Shown piece after piece: positions 1 through 9,346 of a DNA stretch of 64,000 nucleotides (position 1 is its first letter; each line of letters opens with the position of its first letter). The DNA is taken from positions 80,801 through 144,800 of IMG/VR virus record IMGVR_UViG_3300050821_010764; one strand, 5' to 3'. The notes beneath the pieces are model-generated. The model saw only the letters and a list, made by a program, of their open reading frames with translations, had not been told where the DNA came from and did not search any database. Source of the stretch: a virus. A program made the position numbers and the translations under genes.

Positions 1-2862
1 GATCCAAAGGCTAATATCAAGCATATTATTGCTGCCGCTAACACCCTTAATACTTATGTCGAGAACAAACAAAAGGAACTCGACAAGCTAGCAGACTTGA
101 CTTACTCAGCTACTTTGACTGTAAATGACCCTCAAGGACATGAAGGTGGAAATAGCACACAAGTTACAGTCAATGCGACGGACCTTGCTAAATTCAAAGA
201 AGACGTCGAGGCAGCTTTTCAGAAATTGAGTGAAATTAAAAATTCTGGAAAAGATACTACTAATGATACGGCATCTAATCAAGAGCTAGGTACTGTGATA
301 CCAGCCGCTGATTCTGGATTGGCTCCCCCACACGCAAGATATGCATCCGCTGAAGTAGGGGTGGATCCTATTGCTGAACTTCATGAGGTTACTAGAACCA
401 TTGAAGCCAAGCTGAGCCAAATGAAACAAAGCTTGGACAAGTTAGCAAACACTTCTACTACAAACAAACAAGAGGAAAATATGTCTGGATCAAATGAAAC
501 TGTAAAAAAGGGTTATTACCAAGGCGCCGGTGGCGTTAATGAGCCTACCCCTGGTCAGGCAAAATATCCAAAGGATCCTCTTCAAGAGCATCTCCGTGAA
601 AAAGAGGATAAACAAATGGTGGGTCAACCTCCATTTCCAGATGTAGGACCAGTCGATGGTATGCATCCATCCCCAGAATCTGCTGACCAGTCTAATGAGT
701 TAGAGCGTAAAAAGATGCTTGCTCGTGCTGAGTCTGAAGAGAGAGCCCAACGTCGTCAAGCGATTGTTGATTTAGCTAAGAGAACTATTGAAAACAAAAA
801 AACCGCTTGGTTTCAAAATGGTGATGGCAACAACCCAGGAACCCCAACTCCAGGTAAACCAAAATACCCAGTTGATAAACTAGAGTATGTACTTCGTGAA
901 CACGAAGATAAGCAGATGGTTGGACAGAAGCCTTTCCCAGGTGTTGGTCCAGTTGATGGTCTTCATCCATCTCCACAATCCGCTGACACCTCTGATGAGT
1001 TAAAGCGTAAGGAAATGCTACGTAGAGCTGGTTTAATAGCCAGATTCGTTCGTGCTTCCAATAATGATGGTACTGCCAATCTAGGTAATAGTGCTTGGGA
1101 AGTTTATCTTGGTGACAAGCTACTTCTTACTGCCTCTGTCAATGAACTATCTGGTGGACGTGCTGAAGTATTACATGACAGCATTGCAACCCGTGAATTC
1201 GGTGGCAAACTAATTGAGAAGATTAAGACTCATGGTGCAGACAAGATTCGCTCCTTAGTAAAGAGTGGACAACCAGCTCCAGGCGGTGCTCCTCCAGCTC
1301 CAGGCGGTGACGCAGGCGCTCCACCAGCAGGTGGCGATGCCGGTCCTCCAGCCGAAGATACTGGTAAATCCGGTGATCCAAAAGATCAAGCTCTTGCATT
1401 AGCAGAGAAGGGTGTCGAGCTTAGCTCCGACCTTAACGAAGCAGTCAAGGCTATGGTCGGTGAGAAATCCGAAATGGGCGATATGGAAGGCGGACCAGCA
1501 GCAGCTCCAGAAATGGGTGCTTCAGCCTCCTTTAGTACACAAACACTCAACAATTTGAGGAAGGAACTTAATGGCGCGCTAACTCACGCTATGCAAGAAT
1601 CCATTGCTTCCATTAACGATCATGTTGAAGAACTTAATATGATTTCTGGATTATATGATAAGGGCGCAGTAACTGACTCTAACCAAGAGTTCGTTGGCTC
1701 TATCGTTGAAGATGCACTAAGCGAAGCCAAGACTGCAATTGCAGATGGTTTCAAATTGATGAGCGCATTTGTGAAGTACGCCCGTGGTACTACTGCCATC
1801 GTCAAGCGTGCAGAAATCGAGGCAGAACTAGAGGCATTAGCTGAGGGAGAGACTATGACAGGCGAACAAGACGCCAACAATGGCGATGATTTAATGGCTA
1901 TGATCAGCGATACCAATTCAGATTTGGATGCTATCCATGGTCTTATGGCAGATGACAACGCTCATGCCGGCGAAGAGCCACATGACGAGGCACTAGAGGG
2001 CTTACTAGACATGCCAGCAGATGATGCAAATGATCTTAAAGCCGGTGATTTGAAGCCAGAAACTATGCTAGACCCAGCAATGATGTCTCATGCATCTTTT
2101 GATACCAAAGAAGGTCGTCAAGCAATGAGAGCCAAGCTAGCCGCTGACGCTCTTGGCAAGCAAGACGACGGAGAAATCTCCGATATGTCTAAGCAAAAGT
2201 TTAGCGACATGCTAGACCAAGCTGACAAGCTTACTGATGGTCAAACTGACTTGGATACCAAGCCATCTGACAATCTAGGATATGTTGAAACTCTTCCAGA
2301 AGTTAACAAGGCTATGATGGATCTTGCAAAAGCTCCACCAAAGGTCCGTAAGGAAGCAGAAGCTATCCATAACCTAATCTCTGAAGGCAAGCTTCACCCA
2401 TCCGACCTAGACGCTCTAGTAGCAGAAGGTTTGGATAAGGATGCAGTAGCTTACTACAAGAAGTACTGGGCTCAGACTGAAGGTGGCGGAGAATTCGCCA
2501 GTGAATTGGTCAAGGAGCACGTCAAGGCAGACCTTGAGGCAGAACTTAACAAGTACAGAGTAAAGCTAGGACGTTCTTACGAACTAGCATATGACATGGT
2601 TGACCGTGGTTTGTGTCACCACGACAGAAACGCAGTTTCTGCCCAGGTAGATGAAATCATGAAGTTCAATGACGAGTCTTTCGATTCTCTAAAGAGAGTT
2701 GTTGCAAGACACCCAGTAACCAACCTTCGTAAGGAAGGTGGAAGAATGCCACAAGTTGGTATGATCGGTTCTGGTGACCTAAGCACCACACCACAGTCTG
2801 ATGGTGATATGTTTGCACAATTGTCGGCAGCATTTTCTAAGACTTCCAAGAGAAGTTTCTAA
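1..2862 (+). CDS. Prohead protease C-terminal end fused to scaffolding protein (5'-truncated by window edge)
   Basis: Frame is open from base 1 (DPKANIKHIIAAANTL...), so the TTG at 97 is not the true start; 'DPKANIKHII' resembles the (A)DPxA element at the end of herpes/HK97-type prohead protease domains; remainder is acidic, helical, low-complexity; lies upstream of the capsid genes. Confidence 0.7.
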   Translation, partial: DPKANIKHIIAAANTLNTYVENKQKELDKLADLTYSATLTVNDPQGHEGGNSTQVTVNATDLAKFKEDVEAAFQKLSEIKNSGKDTTNDTASNQELGTVIPAADSGLAPPHARYASAEVGVDPIAELHEVTRTIEAKLSQMKQSLDKLANTSTTNKQEENMSGSNETVKKGYYQGAGGVNEPTPGQAKYPKDPLQEHLREKEDKQMVGQPPFPDVGPVDGMHPSPESADQSNELERKKMLARAESEERAQRRQAIVDLAKRTIENKKTAWFQNGDGNNPGTPTPGKPKYPVDKLEYVLREHEDKQMVGQKPFPGVGPVDGLHPSPQSADTSDELKRKEMLRRAGLIARFVRASNNDGTANLGNSAWEVYLGDKLLLTASVNELSGGRAEVLHDSIATREFGGKLIEKIKTHGADKIRSLVKSGQPAPGGAPPAPGGDAGAPPAGGDAGPPAEDTGKSGDPKDQALALAEKGVELSSDLNEAVKAMVGEKSEMGDMEGGPAAAPEMGASASFSTQTLNNLRKELNGALTHAMQESIASINDHVEELNMISGLYDKGAVTDSNQEFVGSIVEDALSEAKTAIADGFKLMSAFVKYARGTTAIVKRAEIEAELEALAEGETMTGEQDANNGDDLMAMISDTNSDLDAIHGLMADDNAHAGEEPHDEALEGLLDMPADDANDLKAGDLKPETMLDPAMMSHASFDTKEGRQAMRAKLAADALGKQDDGEISDMSKQKFSDMLDQADKLTDGQTDLDTKPSDNLGYVETLPEVNKAMMDLAKAPPKVRKEAEAIHNLISEGKLHPSDLDALVAEGLDKDAVAYYKKYWAQTEGGGEFASELVKEHVKADLEAELNKYRVKLGRSYELAYDMVDRGLCHHDRNAVSAQVDEIMKFNDESFDSLKRVVARHPVTNLRKEGGRMPQVGMIGSGDLSTTPQSDGDMFAQLSAAFSKTSKRSF
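481..2862 (+). CDS. Nested in-frame scaffold isoform (internal start MSGSNETVKK)
   Basis: AGAGGAAAAT-ATG Shine-Dalgarno context at 471-483 in frame with the long ORF. Confidence 0.5.
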   Translation: MSGSNETVKKGYYQGAGGVNEPTPGQAKYPKDPLQEHLREKEDKQMVGQPPFPDVGPVDGMHPSPESADQSNELERKKMLARAESEERAQRRQAIVDLAKRTIENKKTAWFQNGDGNNPGTPTPGKPKYPVDKLEYVLREHEDKQMVGQKPFPGVGPVDGLHPSPQSADTSDELKRKEMLRRAGLIARFVRASNNDGTANLGNSAWEVYLGDKLLLTASVNELSGGRAEVLHDSIATREFGGKLIEKIKTHGADKIRSLVKSGQPAPGGAPPAPGGDAGAPPAGGDAGPPAEDTGKSGDPKDQALALAEKGVELSSDLNEAVKAMVGEKSEMGDMEGGPAAAPEMGASASFSTQTLNNLRKELNGALTHAMQESIASINDHVEELNMISGLYDKGAVTDSNQEFVGSIVEDALSEAKTAIADGFKLMSAFVKYARGTTAIVKRAEIEAELEALAEGETMTGEQDANNGDDLMAMISDTNSDLDAIHGLMADDNAHAGEEPHDEALEGLLDMPADDANDLKAGDLKPETMLDPAMMSHASFDTKEGRQAMRAKLAADALGKQDDGEISDMSKQKFSDMLDQADKLTDGQTDLDTKPSDNLGYVETLPEVNKAMMDLAKAPPKVRKEAEAIHNLISEGKLHPSDLDALVAEGLDKDAVAYYKKYWAQTEGGGEFASELVKEHVKADLEAELNKYRVKLGRSYELAYDMVDRGLCHHDRNAVSAQVDEIMKFNDESFDSLKRVVARHPVTNLRKEGGRMPQVGMIGSGDLSTTPQSDGDMFAQLSAAFSKTSKRSF
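514..1029 (+). repeat. Two ~72-74 aa protein repeats (PTPG..KYP.D..LRE.EDKQMVGQ.PFP.VGPVDG.HPSP.SAD.S.EL.RK.ML.RA)
   Basis: Copies at 514-729 and 808-1029 visible in the translation. Confidence 0.9.
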
Positions 2863-2888
2863 GAACTAAACAACTAATAGAGGATACT

Positions 2889-3773
2889 ATGACTAATAAA
2901 AGTGTATCAGATTTTGTCGCTGCAACCATGGATGCAGTACTAAAGAGCGCAGAGCACAAGGCTTTGTTCGGCACCCAATACAAATATGCTTCGGATGAAA
3001 ACGATGCAAAGTGTTCAAAGTGTGGCAAGGATGCTTGCTCATGCGGTGACACCGGTATGGCAGATGACAATGAAGCAAAAAAGAAGATGCCACCTTGGCT
3101 AAAAGATAAGAGTGACTCTGCTAGTGCGGACGATCAAGATGCCAAGAAAAAGAAAGACTCTTCTGGTGATTCTTCCAGTGCTTGGGATGACAACGATGCT
3201 CGTAAGAAGAAGGATTCTTCCTCTTCCAGCAGCGATTCAGCCAGCGCTTGGGATGACAATGACGCCCGTAAAAAGAAGGACTCCTCTGGTGATTCTTCTA
3301 GTGCAGATGATAACGATGCTCGCAAAAAGAAGGAAGAATCTTCTAGCTCCAGCGATTCTTCTAGCGCAGATGATTTGGAAACTTCCGCAGCATTTGATGT
3401 TGCTATCGACAGCCTATTGACTGCTTCCGCAGCTCTTGACTCTGTCGGTATGGAAAAGTCTTCTGCATTCAGTTTGAAGCTTGCTTCTTTGGTTGTTGAA
3501 GCCAAGAAGAAGGACAAGGATTCTAAGAAGAGCAAGAGCGATTCTAACGATGCTAAGGATAAAGCCAAGGCAAAGAAAGAAAAAGAGCTAGCCGCCGAAA
3601 AGAAGAAGAAAGAAAAAGAGAAGGCTGATGCTCAATCCGCTAAGGATAAGGCTGCCAAGGAAAAAGAGAAGGAAAAGGCTAAAGCAAAAGCAGATAAAGA
3701 CAAGGCTGATGCTCAAGCTGCTAAAGATAAAGCTTCCAAAGAGAAGGCAAAATCATCTTCTTCTAAGAAGTAA
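2889..3773 (+). CDS. Highly charged low-complexity head/core protein (CxxC-x4-CxC, DDNDA-KKK-Ser repeats, Lys/Ala-rich tail)
   Basis: GAGGA RBS; 294 aa ORF directly after scaffold; composition. Confidence 0.6.
   Translation: MTNKSVSDFVAATMDAVLKSAEHKALFGTQYKYASDENDAKCSKCGKDACSCGDTGMADDNEAKKKMPPWLKDKSDSASADDQDAKKKKDSSGDSSSAWDDNDARKKKDSSSSSSDSASAWDDNDARKKKDSSGDSSSADDNDARKKKEESSSSSDSSSADDLETSAAFDVAIDSLLTASAALDSVGMEKSSAFSLKLASLVVEAKKKDKDSKKSKSDSNDAKDKAKAKKEKELAAEKKKKEKEKADAQSAKDKAAKEKEKEKAKAKADKDKADAQAAKDKASKEKAKSSSSKK
3058..3375 (+). repeat. Coding tandem repeat, about six units of (A/W)DD(N/Q)(D/E)A(R/K)KKK(D/E)S-Ser run
   Basis: Imperfect ~55-63 bp units, in frame. Confidence 0.85.
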
Positions 3774-3796
3774 TTAACTTCCAATAAGAGGATATC

Positions 3797-4024
3797 ATGT
3801 TTAAAACAGCCAGTTTCGAAGAAGAGATCTATCGTTCAATGGAAAAGAAATTGGTGTCAAACCAATTAGAAGAGAAGCATGGATTTACTAGGCTAGCTCA
3901 AGCTGCCGACTATCTTAATGCTGCCGCTGAAATTTTTGATCAAGCTGGTATGACCGAACAATCTGAAGAAGTAACAGAGGTCTTGCAGGGATTGGCTCAA
4001 CAGCTATCCGGCAAGACTTCTTAA
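3797..4024 (+). CDS. Small putative head protein, paralogue of 4036-4461
   Basis: GAGGA RBS; shares FE(E/D)..M...L and A.DYL.AAAEIF...GMT with the next ORF. Confidence 0.7.
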   Translation: MFKTASFEEEIYRSMEKKLVSNQLEEKHGFTRLAQAADYLNAAAEIFDQAGMTEQSEEVTEVLQGLAQQLSGKTS

Positions 4025-4035
4025 TTTGAGGAACC

Positions 4036-4461
4036 ATGATCAAGAAAAGCGTTTTCGAAGATGATTTAATTGCCGGGATGCAGAGAGAACTGCAAGCTCA
4101 TGATAAAAAACAAGGTATGCAAAACCTTGATAAGGCAGTGGACTATCTTCAAGCTGCGGCAGAAATTTTCGAAGAGACTGGCATGACAGCTAAAGCCGAC
4201 CAAGTATTGAAAATTCTACTTAAAATTGGTCAAGAAAAAACCCCTCCTCATCCAAAGAATCCTGCTAATGTCAGTGATAGACATACTAAAGGATTAACCT
4301 CTGAAAAGATGGTAGCTAATCTAAAAGACCATGGTTCTATGTTTAATATGGTAGATGATGGTGCAGCTGATGACCTACTTAATATTGATATAGATGACAA
4401 AGGGTTAGAGGTTGCCGAGGGCGAAAACTCCTACGAGAAAACCTTTGAGGATAGTGACTAA
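4036..4461 (+). CDS. Putative head protein, paralogue of 3797-4024
   Basis: GAGGA RBS; AVDYLQAAAEIFEETGMT motif. Confidence 0.7.
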   Translation: MIKKSVFEDDLIAGMQRELQAHDKKQGMQNLDKAVDYLQAAAEIFEETGMTAKADQVLKILLKIGQEKTPPHPKNPANVSDRHTKGLTSEKMVANLKDHGSMFNMVDDGAADDLLNIDIDDKGLEVAEGENSYEKTFEDSD

Positions 4462-4501
4462 TTGTTATATACTGAGTAGGTATAGTTAGAAAAAGGCATC
4501 C

Positions 4502-5191
4502 ATGCTCAGACTAGTACAAGTAGGTAATACACTTCCAGCCAGTTTTATCGTTGATCCATCCGCTGAATTTCAGCCTGGACAGATTGCTGAATTAACCGTT
4601 ATCGGCAACCAAGTGATGGCAACCGTTAGTAACGGTACTGCCCCTATTGGTGTCATTGACGATATCAAAACCAAAGCATTTACTAACGTCTCTTGGAACG
4701 AAGTTGTTATCGTCCCAGCCGTAGGTGTTCCGGGTCCGGGCGGCACATTAGTTACTCCGGTTGATATCAAATCAGAATTAAAGAAACCTAATATCATTCC
4801 ATCCAGTTTCAACTCTACCGTTAACGTAGTGTTGAATCCAAATAATGGTGTTATTACTTTCGTAGCTGGTACCTCTTTGAATTTCGATTTAATGGGTACT
4901 GGACAACCAAATGCCATTAGAACTATTGTTAATTATACTTATCAAGTAGCTAATATTCCTGGTGATGATAGTACTCAAGGCTCTGGTAGAATGACCGTTT
5001 GGTTTAACAGAATGTTTTTCCAGACTGATCAATATGAGACTAATCAACAGTATCCTGTCAGAGCTAATTTGTATGTTAGTGAGGTAGGATTTTTGACGAC
5101 TAGAAGACCTAGCGCTATTCATCCGGCAGTGGCAATGGTAACGGCACCACCTACTCCTATGAATCCGATGATCGAAGTTCTTTGGTTTTAA
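4502..5191 (+). CDS. Capsid decoration/cement-like protein (paralogue of 11825-12541)
   Basis: Beta-rich; MLRLVQVG..GQIAEL / GSGRMTVW matches MSLKLLQPG..GEIVTL / GSGKVTCW. Confidence 0.55.
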   Translation: MLRLVQVGNTLPASFIVDPSAEFQPGQIAELTVIGNQVMATVSNGTAPIGVIDDIKTKAFTNVSWNEVVIVPAVGVPGPGGTLVTPVDIKSELKKPNIIPSSFNSTVNVVLNPNNGVITFVAGTSLNFDLMGTGQPNAIRTIVNYTYQVANIPGDDSTQGSGRMTVWFNRMFFQTDQYETNQQYPVRANLYVSEVGFLTTRRPSAIHPAVAMVTAPPTPMNPMIEVLWF

Positions 5192-5281
5192 ACCCTCAAT
5201 ATTACTGCATATCCTTTTATTTAGAGAGAAGCTTTCTATATTCCAGCATATTATAGACGAATCTATCGATAGAGGATAAAA

Positions 5282-6544
5282 ATGACTTTTAAACACGTGA
5301 AATTTGAGGATTCTGCGGTAATGCGCTCCCTGGAAAAGGTAGCCTCCCAAAAAGGTTTGGTTAAGTCCGATCCTCTCAAGAAAACCGCATCCAAACAAAC
5401 TGATTTGTTTCCTACTACCAATTTGACGGAGAACATCCTCAAGTTGTGCGAAGGTTTGAGACATCAAGGTTTCAACAAGTATGCCGATGAACTAGAAGAT
5501 AAATTCGTCGTTTACAAGCAAGCTGCGGCTGCTACTCTTTATGAAACCTCGCCTGAAGAAGGAAAAGATTTAGTAGATGCCGCTCATCCAAAGGGTAGCC
5601 ATCATCTTGAGGGTCTTGATAGCGATGAAGCTGTCATTGAGACCATTTTGGACCAACACCTAAAGGATACTAAGGTAGTAGAGAAAAAACCAACTGGCAA
5701 ATTGTCATCTTCTCGTGATATTTTAAGAGCTGTCAAATTTGTTTTAGCTCAAGAAGTAACGGAAGAGCAACTAATCCCAGTACGTGCTGAGAGAGCCATC
5801 GAGCAATTAAAATCTGTTCTTGGCATACTTGGTCAGTCTCGTACTACTATTTTGAACAAGATGAATACTACCACCCTGGCTAAATCTTTTGATACCAACT
5901 ACAATGAGATTGCTAATGTAGTTAACGCTCTCACTCCAGAGACCATTAGCATTAAAAGTATTGACAGTGTTATTGGAGATTTAGGTGACATCCAAAACTC
6001 TATTGATTTCTTCAACTGGAAAGATTTAGGAGTTCTGATTCCAGGAATTGGATTTGCTTCATTGCTACAACATGTCGGTGATTTTACTGACATGGCTACG
6101 GGAGATTGGGATCAAGCCCTAAGAGATAAAATGACCGGCTTCGTAAATAAAGCTAAGGCTGCGGCGAAAAAAGCCCGTGCTTTTATGCGTGGTGAAGCTG
6201 ATGCCGAAGTAAAAGAAATGGCAGCCAAGAAAAATGCACCACTTACCATTCCAACTGTTGAAATAAAGGCAGGACCATTAAGTTCGTATTTTGGTCAAAT
6301 TGCAAAATTAAAGACTCAGCTCAATACTTGGAAAGCGTTCCGTTCAATTTCCCAGAATCCAGAAGCAATGAAATGGATTGCAGAAGAGATTGCTGCTCTT
6401 GATGATATTGATAAAAGATATGACGCTCTACCAGAAGATCAAGAAGCCGGCGCTGCTAGTGAAATGGGCAAAGAAGTAAACGAAGAGGCTCAAAATATTA
6501 ATCAGTTCCAAGCAGACTGGGTTAGTGCTAAACCTAGTGCCTAA
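5282..6544 (+). CDS. Putative internal head/ejection protein with hydrophobic segment
   Basis: GAGGA RBS; DAAHP motif shared with 10468; LGVLIPGIGFASLL hydrophobic stretch; helical C-terminal half. Confidence 0.5.
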   Translation: MTFKHVKFEDSAVMRSLEKVASQKGLVKSDPLKKTASKQTDLFPTTNLTENILKLCEGLRHQGFNKYADELEDKFVVYKQAAAATLYETSPEEGKDLVDAAHPKGSHHLEGLDSDEAVIETILDQHLKDTKVVEKKPTGKLSSSRDILRAVKFVLAQEVTEEQLIPVRAERAIEQLKSVLGILGQSRTTILNKMNTTTLAKSFDTNYNEIANVVNALTPETISIKSIDSVIGDLGDIQNSIDFFNWKDLGVLIPGIGFASLLQHVGDFTDMATGDWDQALRDKMTGFVNKAKAAAKKARAFMRGEADAEVKEMAAKKNAPLTIPTVEIKAGPLSSYFGQIAKLKTQLNTWKAFRSISQNPEAMKWIAEEIAALDDIDKRYDALPEDQEAGAASEMGKEVNEEAQNINQFQADWVSAKPSA

Positions 6545-6554
6545 GGGTAAAGAT

Positions 6555-7820
6555 ATGTCAAAATCATCCGCCAAAGAAATATTGGACTATATTGAAAAGT
6601 ATGGTCGAGGCAGACCACCTCCGAAGCCGGGGGCAGGTTATGTGGCGTCCCCTACACCAGCACCATCTACTAAAGCTCCAGCGGGTGCAACGCATGCTCC
6701 TCCAAAACCTGGACAACATGTGCCATCTGGTGGCGGATCTGCAAGTAGTCCTGCGATCAAAGACATGCAAGAAAAGCTAGTTGGTTTATCTAAGTTAGTT
6801 TTATCTCAGCTTAATATTGAAAACATCGCTAAACAAGATGATTTGCGTCAAGCTGGCGAAGCCGCTCATCGAGATTCGTTCGGAGATTTCGTCGTTAAAA
6901 ACTATCTAAGACCTGCGGGTGGCGGAGCCCAAGAGTTTGATCCAAGTGAAAGGGTAACTGATGTTGCCAAAAAGCAACCTTCTACACCAACCAGAATGTA
7001 TTCTATCATGAATACCATGTCAAGAATTGGCGGACCAAAAGCTGAATTTAAACCAGATGGTGTCTGGGGACCAAGAACTAATCAAGCTCTTCATAATACA
7101 AAAGCCTTTGCAGAAGCCATGCTAAAATTATCCAAAGACTTTGAGACGCCAGTTAAGTCATATACTTTATCTGACCTAAAAAACTTCGCACTTCCAGATA
7201 AAGAAACTGACCTATCGCCACAAGATCGTGCTAAGTCAGCTTCAGTATTGGCTCAGCACATTCGAGCTATTACTAACATGTTTCATGAAATCAAAGAAAA
7301 CATTTTAGAGAATCCTCAGCATCAAGCCTCTATTGAGGGTGATACTCCATATGCTGTTATTGGAAAAGGCAAGGAAAAGCCAGGCGCCAAACCAGAACAA
7401 GCTCCTCAACCACTTACACCACAAGCTATTGCCTCCTTACAAACTAGATTTAAAGATGGTTTTCCAATCTTGTTTACTGATCCACAAACAAACAAAGGTA
7501 AAACCGTACTAGTTTTTGTGCAAGATTTAGTTAGCCCAGATGCATTTCAAGGATGGATGTATAAGCAACAAACAAATCAAGATCCGGCTAAAATTATAGA
7601 ACAAGTTAAAGATAGATTGGCTGGACGTCCAATTAAGCCACTACCAAGAAGATATGAAGACACTCTTTCTCCAACTGATAGAGAGCAATTTTTCAAGAGA
7701 AATCCAGACCTAAAAAAACAATACAATAAAGAAGTGGCAGAAGAAGCAGCAGATCAAGCAAAACAAGAACAAGGAATGGCACAACAAAGGACAGAAATGT
7801 CTGGGAAAGCTGGAGCATAA
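6555..7820 (+). CDS. Putative internal virion protein with peptidoglycan-binding-like motif
   Basis: ATG at 6555 after AAGGG; Pro-rich linker; DGVWGPRTNQAL resembles the DG-x-x-G-x-x-T motif of PG_binding_1. Confidence 0.5.
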   Translation: MSKSSAKEILDYIEKYGRGRPPPKPGAGYVASPTPAPSTKAPAGATHAPPKPGQHVPSGGGSASSPAIKDMQEKLVGLSKLVLSQLNIENIAKQDDLRQAGEAAHRDSFGDFVVKNYLRPAGGGAQEFDPSERVTDVAKKQPSTPTRMYSIMNTMSRIGGPKAEFKPDGVWGPRTNQALHNTKAFAEAMLKLSKDFETPVKSYTLSDLKNFALPDKETDLSPQDRAKSASVLAQHIRAITNMFHEIKENILENPQHQASIEGDTPYAVIGKGKEKPGAKPEQAPQPLTPQAIASLQTRFKDGFPILFTDPQTNKGKTVLVFVQDLVSPDAFQGWMYKQQTNQDPAKIIEQVKDRLAGRPIKPLPRRYEDTLSPTDREQFFKRNPDLKKQYNKEVAEEAADQAKQEQGMAQQRTEMSGKAGA

Positions 7821-7822
7821 CG

Positions 7823-9346
7823 ATGTCTTTTATTTATGATGACTCAAATCTTATTAGCGATCTGATCAAAAGTGGTTTGGATTTTGAATCCAAATTCACT
7901 AAGGAGGGTCAAGCTACGGCTGCTGCTAATTCAGATTTTCAGAACATCACTACTGTATTGGACAACCTTCAAAAAGCAATGCCTTCGCCAGCCGGTGCTA
8001 CTCCAGCAGCAGCTCCCGGAGATGAGGCAGATCCTAATGCTCTTCCAGAAATTTCACATGTTGGTGCTGGCAAACCTGGATCACAGGATCCTAAACTTAC
8101 CAGTGCCAATTTAGAGGGCTTAGGTGCATTAGCAAGTTGGGCAGCGGGCAATGCTATTACTGTAGATGGAAAGCGTATAGCCTTTTCTTCAAACGAAGTG
8201 CAGGACGCCCCAGGAGAAGATTATCAACTATATAGGCTTGAGCCGAATGCTGGTTTATTAGAGGTCGGTGATAGGTCTGTCGTTAAGCAGGGGTTCTACA
8301 TCAATAAAGATTTATTGGTAAAATTCATTACGTGGAGACTGGCTGTTCTATCTCAAAAACCAAACATGGTAGAAAAAGTACAGTTAGGTAAATTGATTGC
8401 CGATGCTAATAGACTCCTGGGTACTAAAATTAGTCCAGAGTATAAAGCTCCAGAAGCAACCCTGTCACCAAATACACTTATTGATGAACTACCTGGTGTT
8501 ATCGATGGGAATAACCCAATGAATAATGGTGCTAAGCAACTATTTTTCAAGGACATCCAGTCTGACACCGCACTTAATGCATGGCTCAAGAATGCGCCAA
8601 TGACATTTATGAAAACCAAAGACAAAGACGTTCCCGCATATCCGCCCAGCAATGAGTTTGATATGTGTGTTATCGTTAAAGTTCTATGGACCAGAGCTAA
8701 TGTCTGGTCTACTCGTGCACCAAGTGATGCAGAGAAAAAGAAGTTTGTTGTTTATAAGCGTCAAATGGAAAAGCTAGCTCCAACTATTACCGGTGCCAAT
8801 GGCAAAGCTTGTCAATTAGCTGGGGCGACTCCGCAACCAGGTGCTCAGCCAAATCAAGTTAATGCTCCCGCTATTGCGCAAGCCATCAGCACTCTGCCAT
8901 TTAACATTAGAGATATCAATTTCAACAGAATTAAGAAATTCTTTGAAGTCGTTAAACCTCTCATGGAAAATGTACCAAACAACGAAGCCGCCATGGCACA
9001 CATGACTAATGTGGAAGAAACATTGATACCACAAGCTTTCAATTTGCTAGCTGTTAAAGATGGTATCATCCCATTGGGCGAAAGAGTTCATCAATTTGCA
9101 GGCAGACTAAGCAATCAACAAGAGCCGGGCAAACAAGTATTTCCATTGATCTCAGCTTTAGATAGAATTCTAGATGAGACTCGTGCAGTAGTGGAGGCTT
9201 TCTGGTCCGCTTATGGCGACAAGGTCAATTCTGGTCAACAGGCTCAGATTCTGGGTCAAATCGGCAGAAACCCAAATGACAGCTCTATCTATAGTAGAAA
9301 TGCGGACGCCCTTGAAACCTTAAGAACCTCTGGAACTGTAACCTAA
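7823..9346 (+). CDS. Hypothetical virion (inner head) protein
   Basis: 507 aa ORF tightly packed in head operon; FTKEG/Q motif near N-terminus. Confidence 0.5.
   Translation: MSFIYDDSNLISDLIKSGLDFESKFTKEGQATAAANSDFQNITTVLDNLQKAMPSPAGATPAAAPGDEADPNALPEISHVGAGKPGSQDPKLTSANLEGLGALASWAAGNAITVDGKRIAFSSNEVQDAPGEDYQLYRLEPNAGLLEVGDRSVVKQGFYINKDLLVKFITWRLAVLSQKPNMVEKVQLGKLIADANRLLGTKISPEYKAPEATLSPNTLIDELPGVIDGNNPMNNGAKQLFFKDIQSDTALNAWLKNAPMTFMKTKDKDVPAYPPSNEFDMCVIVKVLWTRANVWSTRAPSDAEKKKFVVYKRQMEKLAPTITGANGKACQLAGATPQPGAQPNQVNAPAIAQAISTLPFNIRDINFNRIKKFFEVVKPLMENVPNNEAAMAHMTNVEETLIPQAFNLLAVKDGIIPLGERVHQFAGRLSNQQEPGKQVFPLISALDRILDETRAVVEAFWSAYGDKVNSGQQAQILGQIGRNPNDSSIYSRNADALETLRTSGTVT

Noticed and set aside
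12-26. TAATA-N4-GCATAT late-promoter-like site
   Set aside because: Spacing is 4 rather than 5 and it lies in coding sequence (ANIKHI)
97-99. TTG start given by the ORF track (likewise starts at 6525, 12610, 15056, 22259, 37657, 44989, 45195, 49779, 54019)
   Set aside because: Frame is open upstream (97), or a downstream ATG has a better SD or stop-start coupling
3058-3375. Regularly spaced repeats resembling a CRISPR array
   Set aside because: Units are in frame, degenerate at third positions, and the 'spacers' are themselves similar Ser codons; no cas genes
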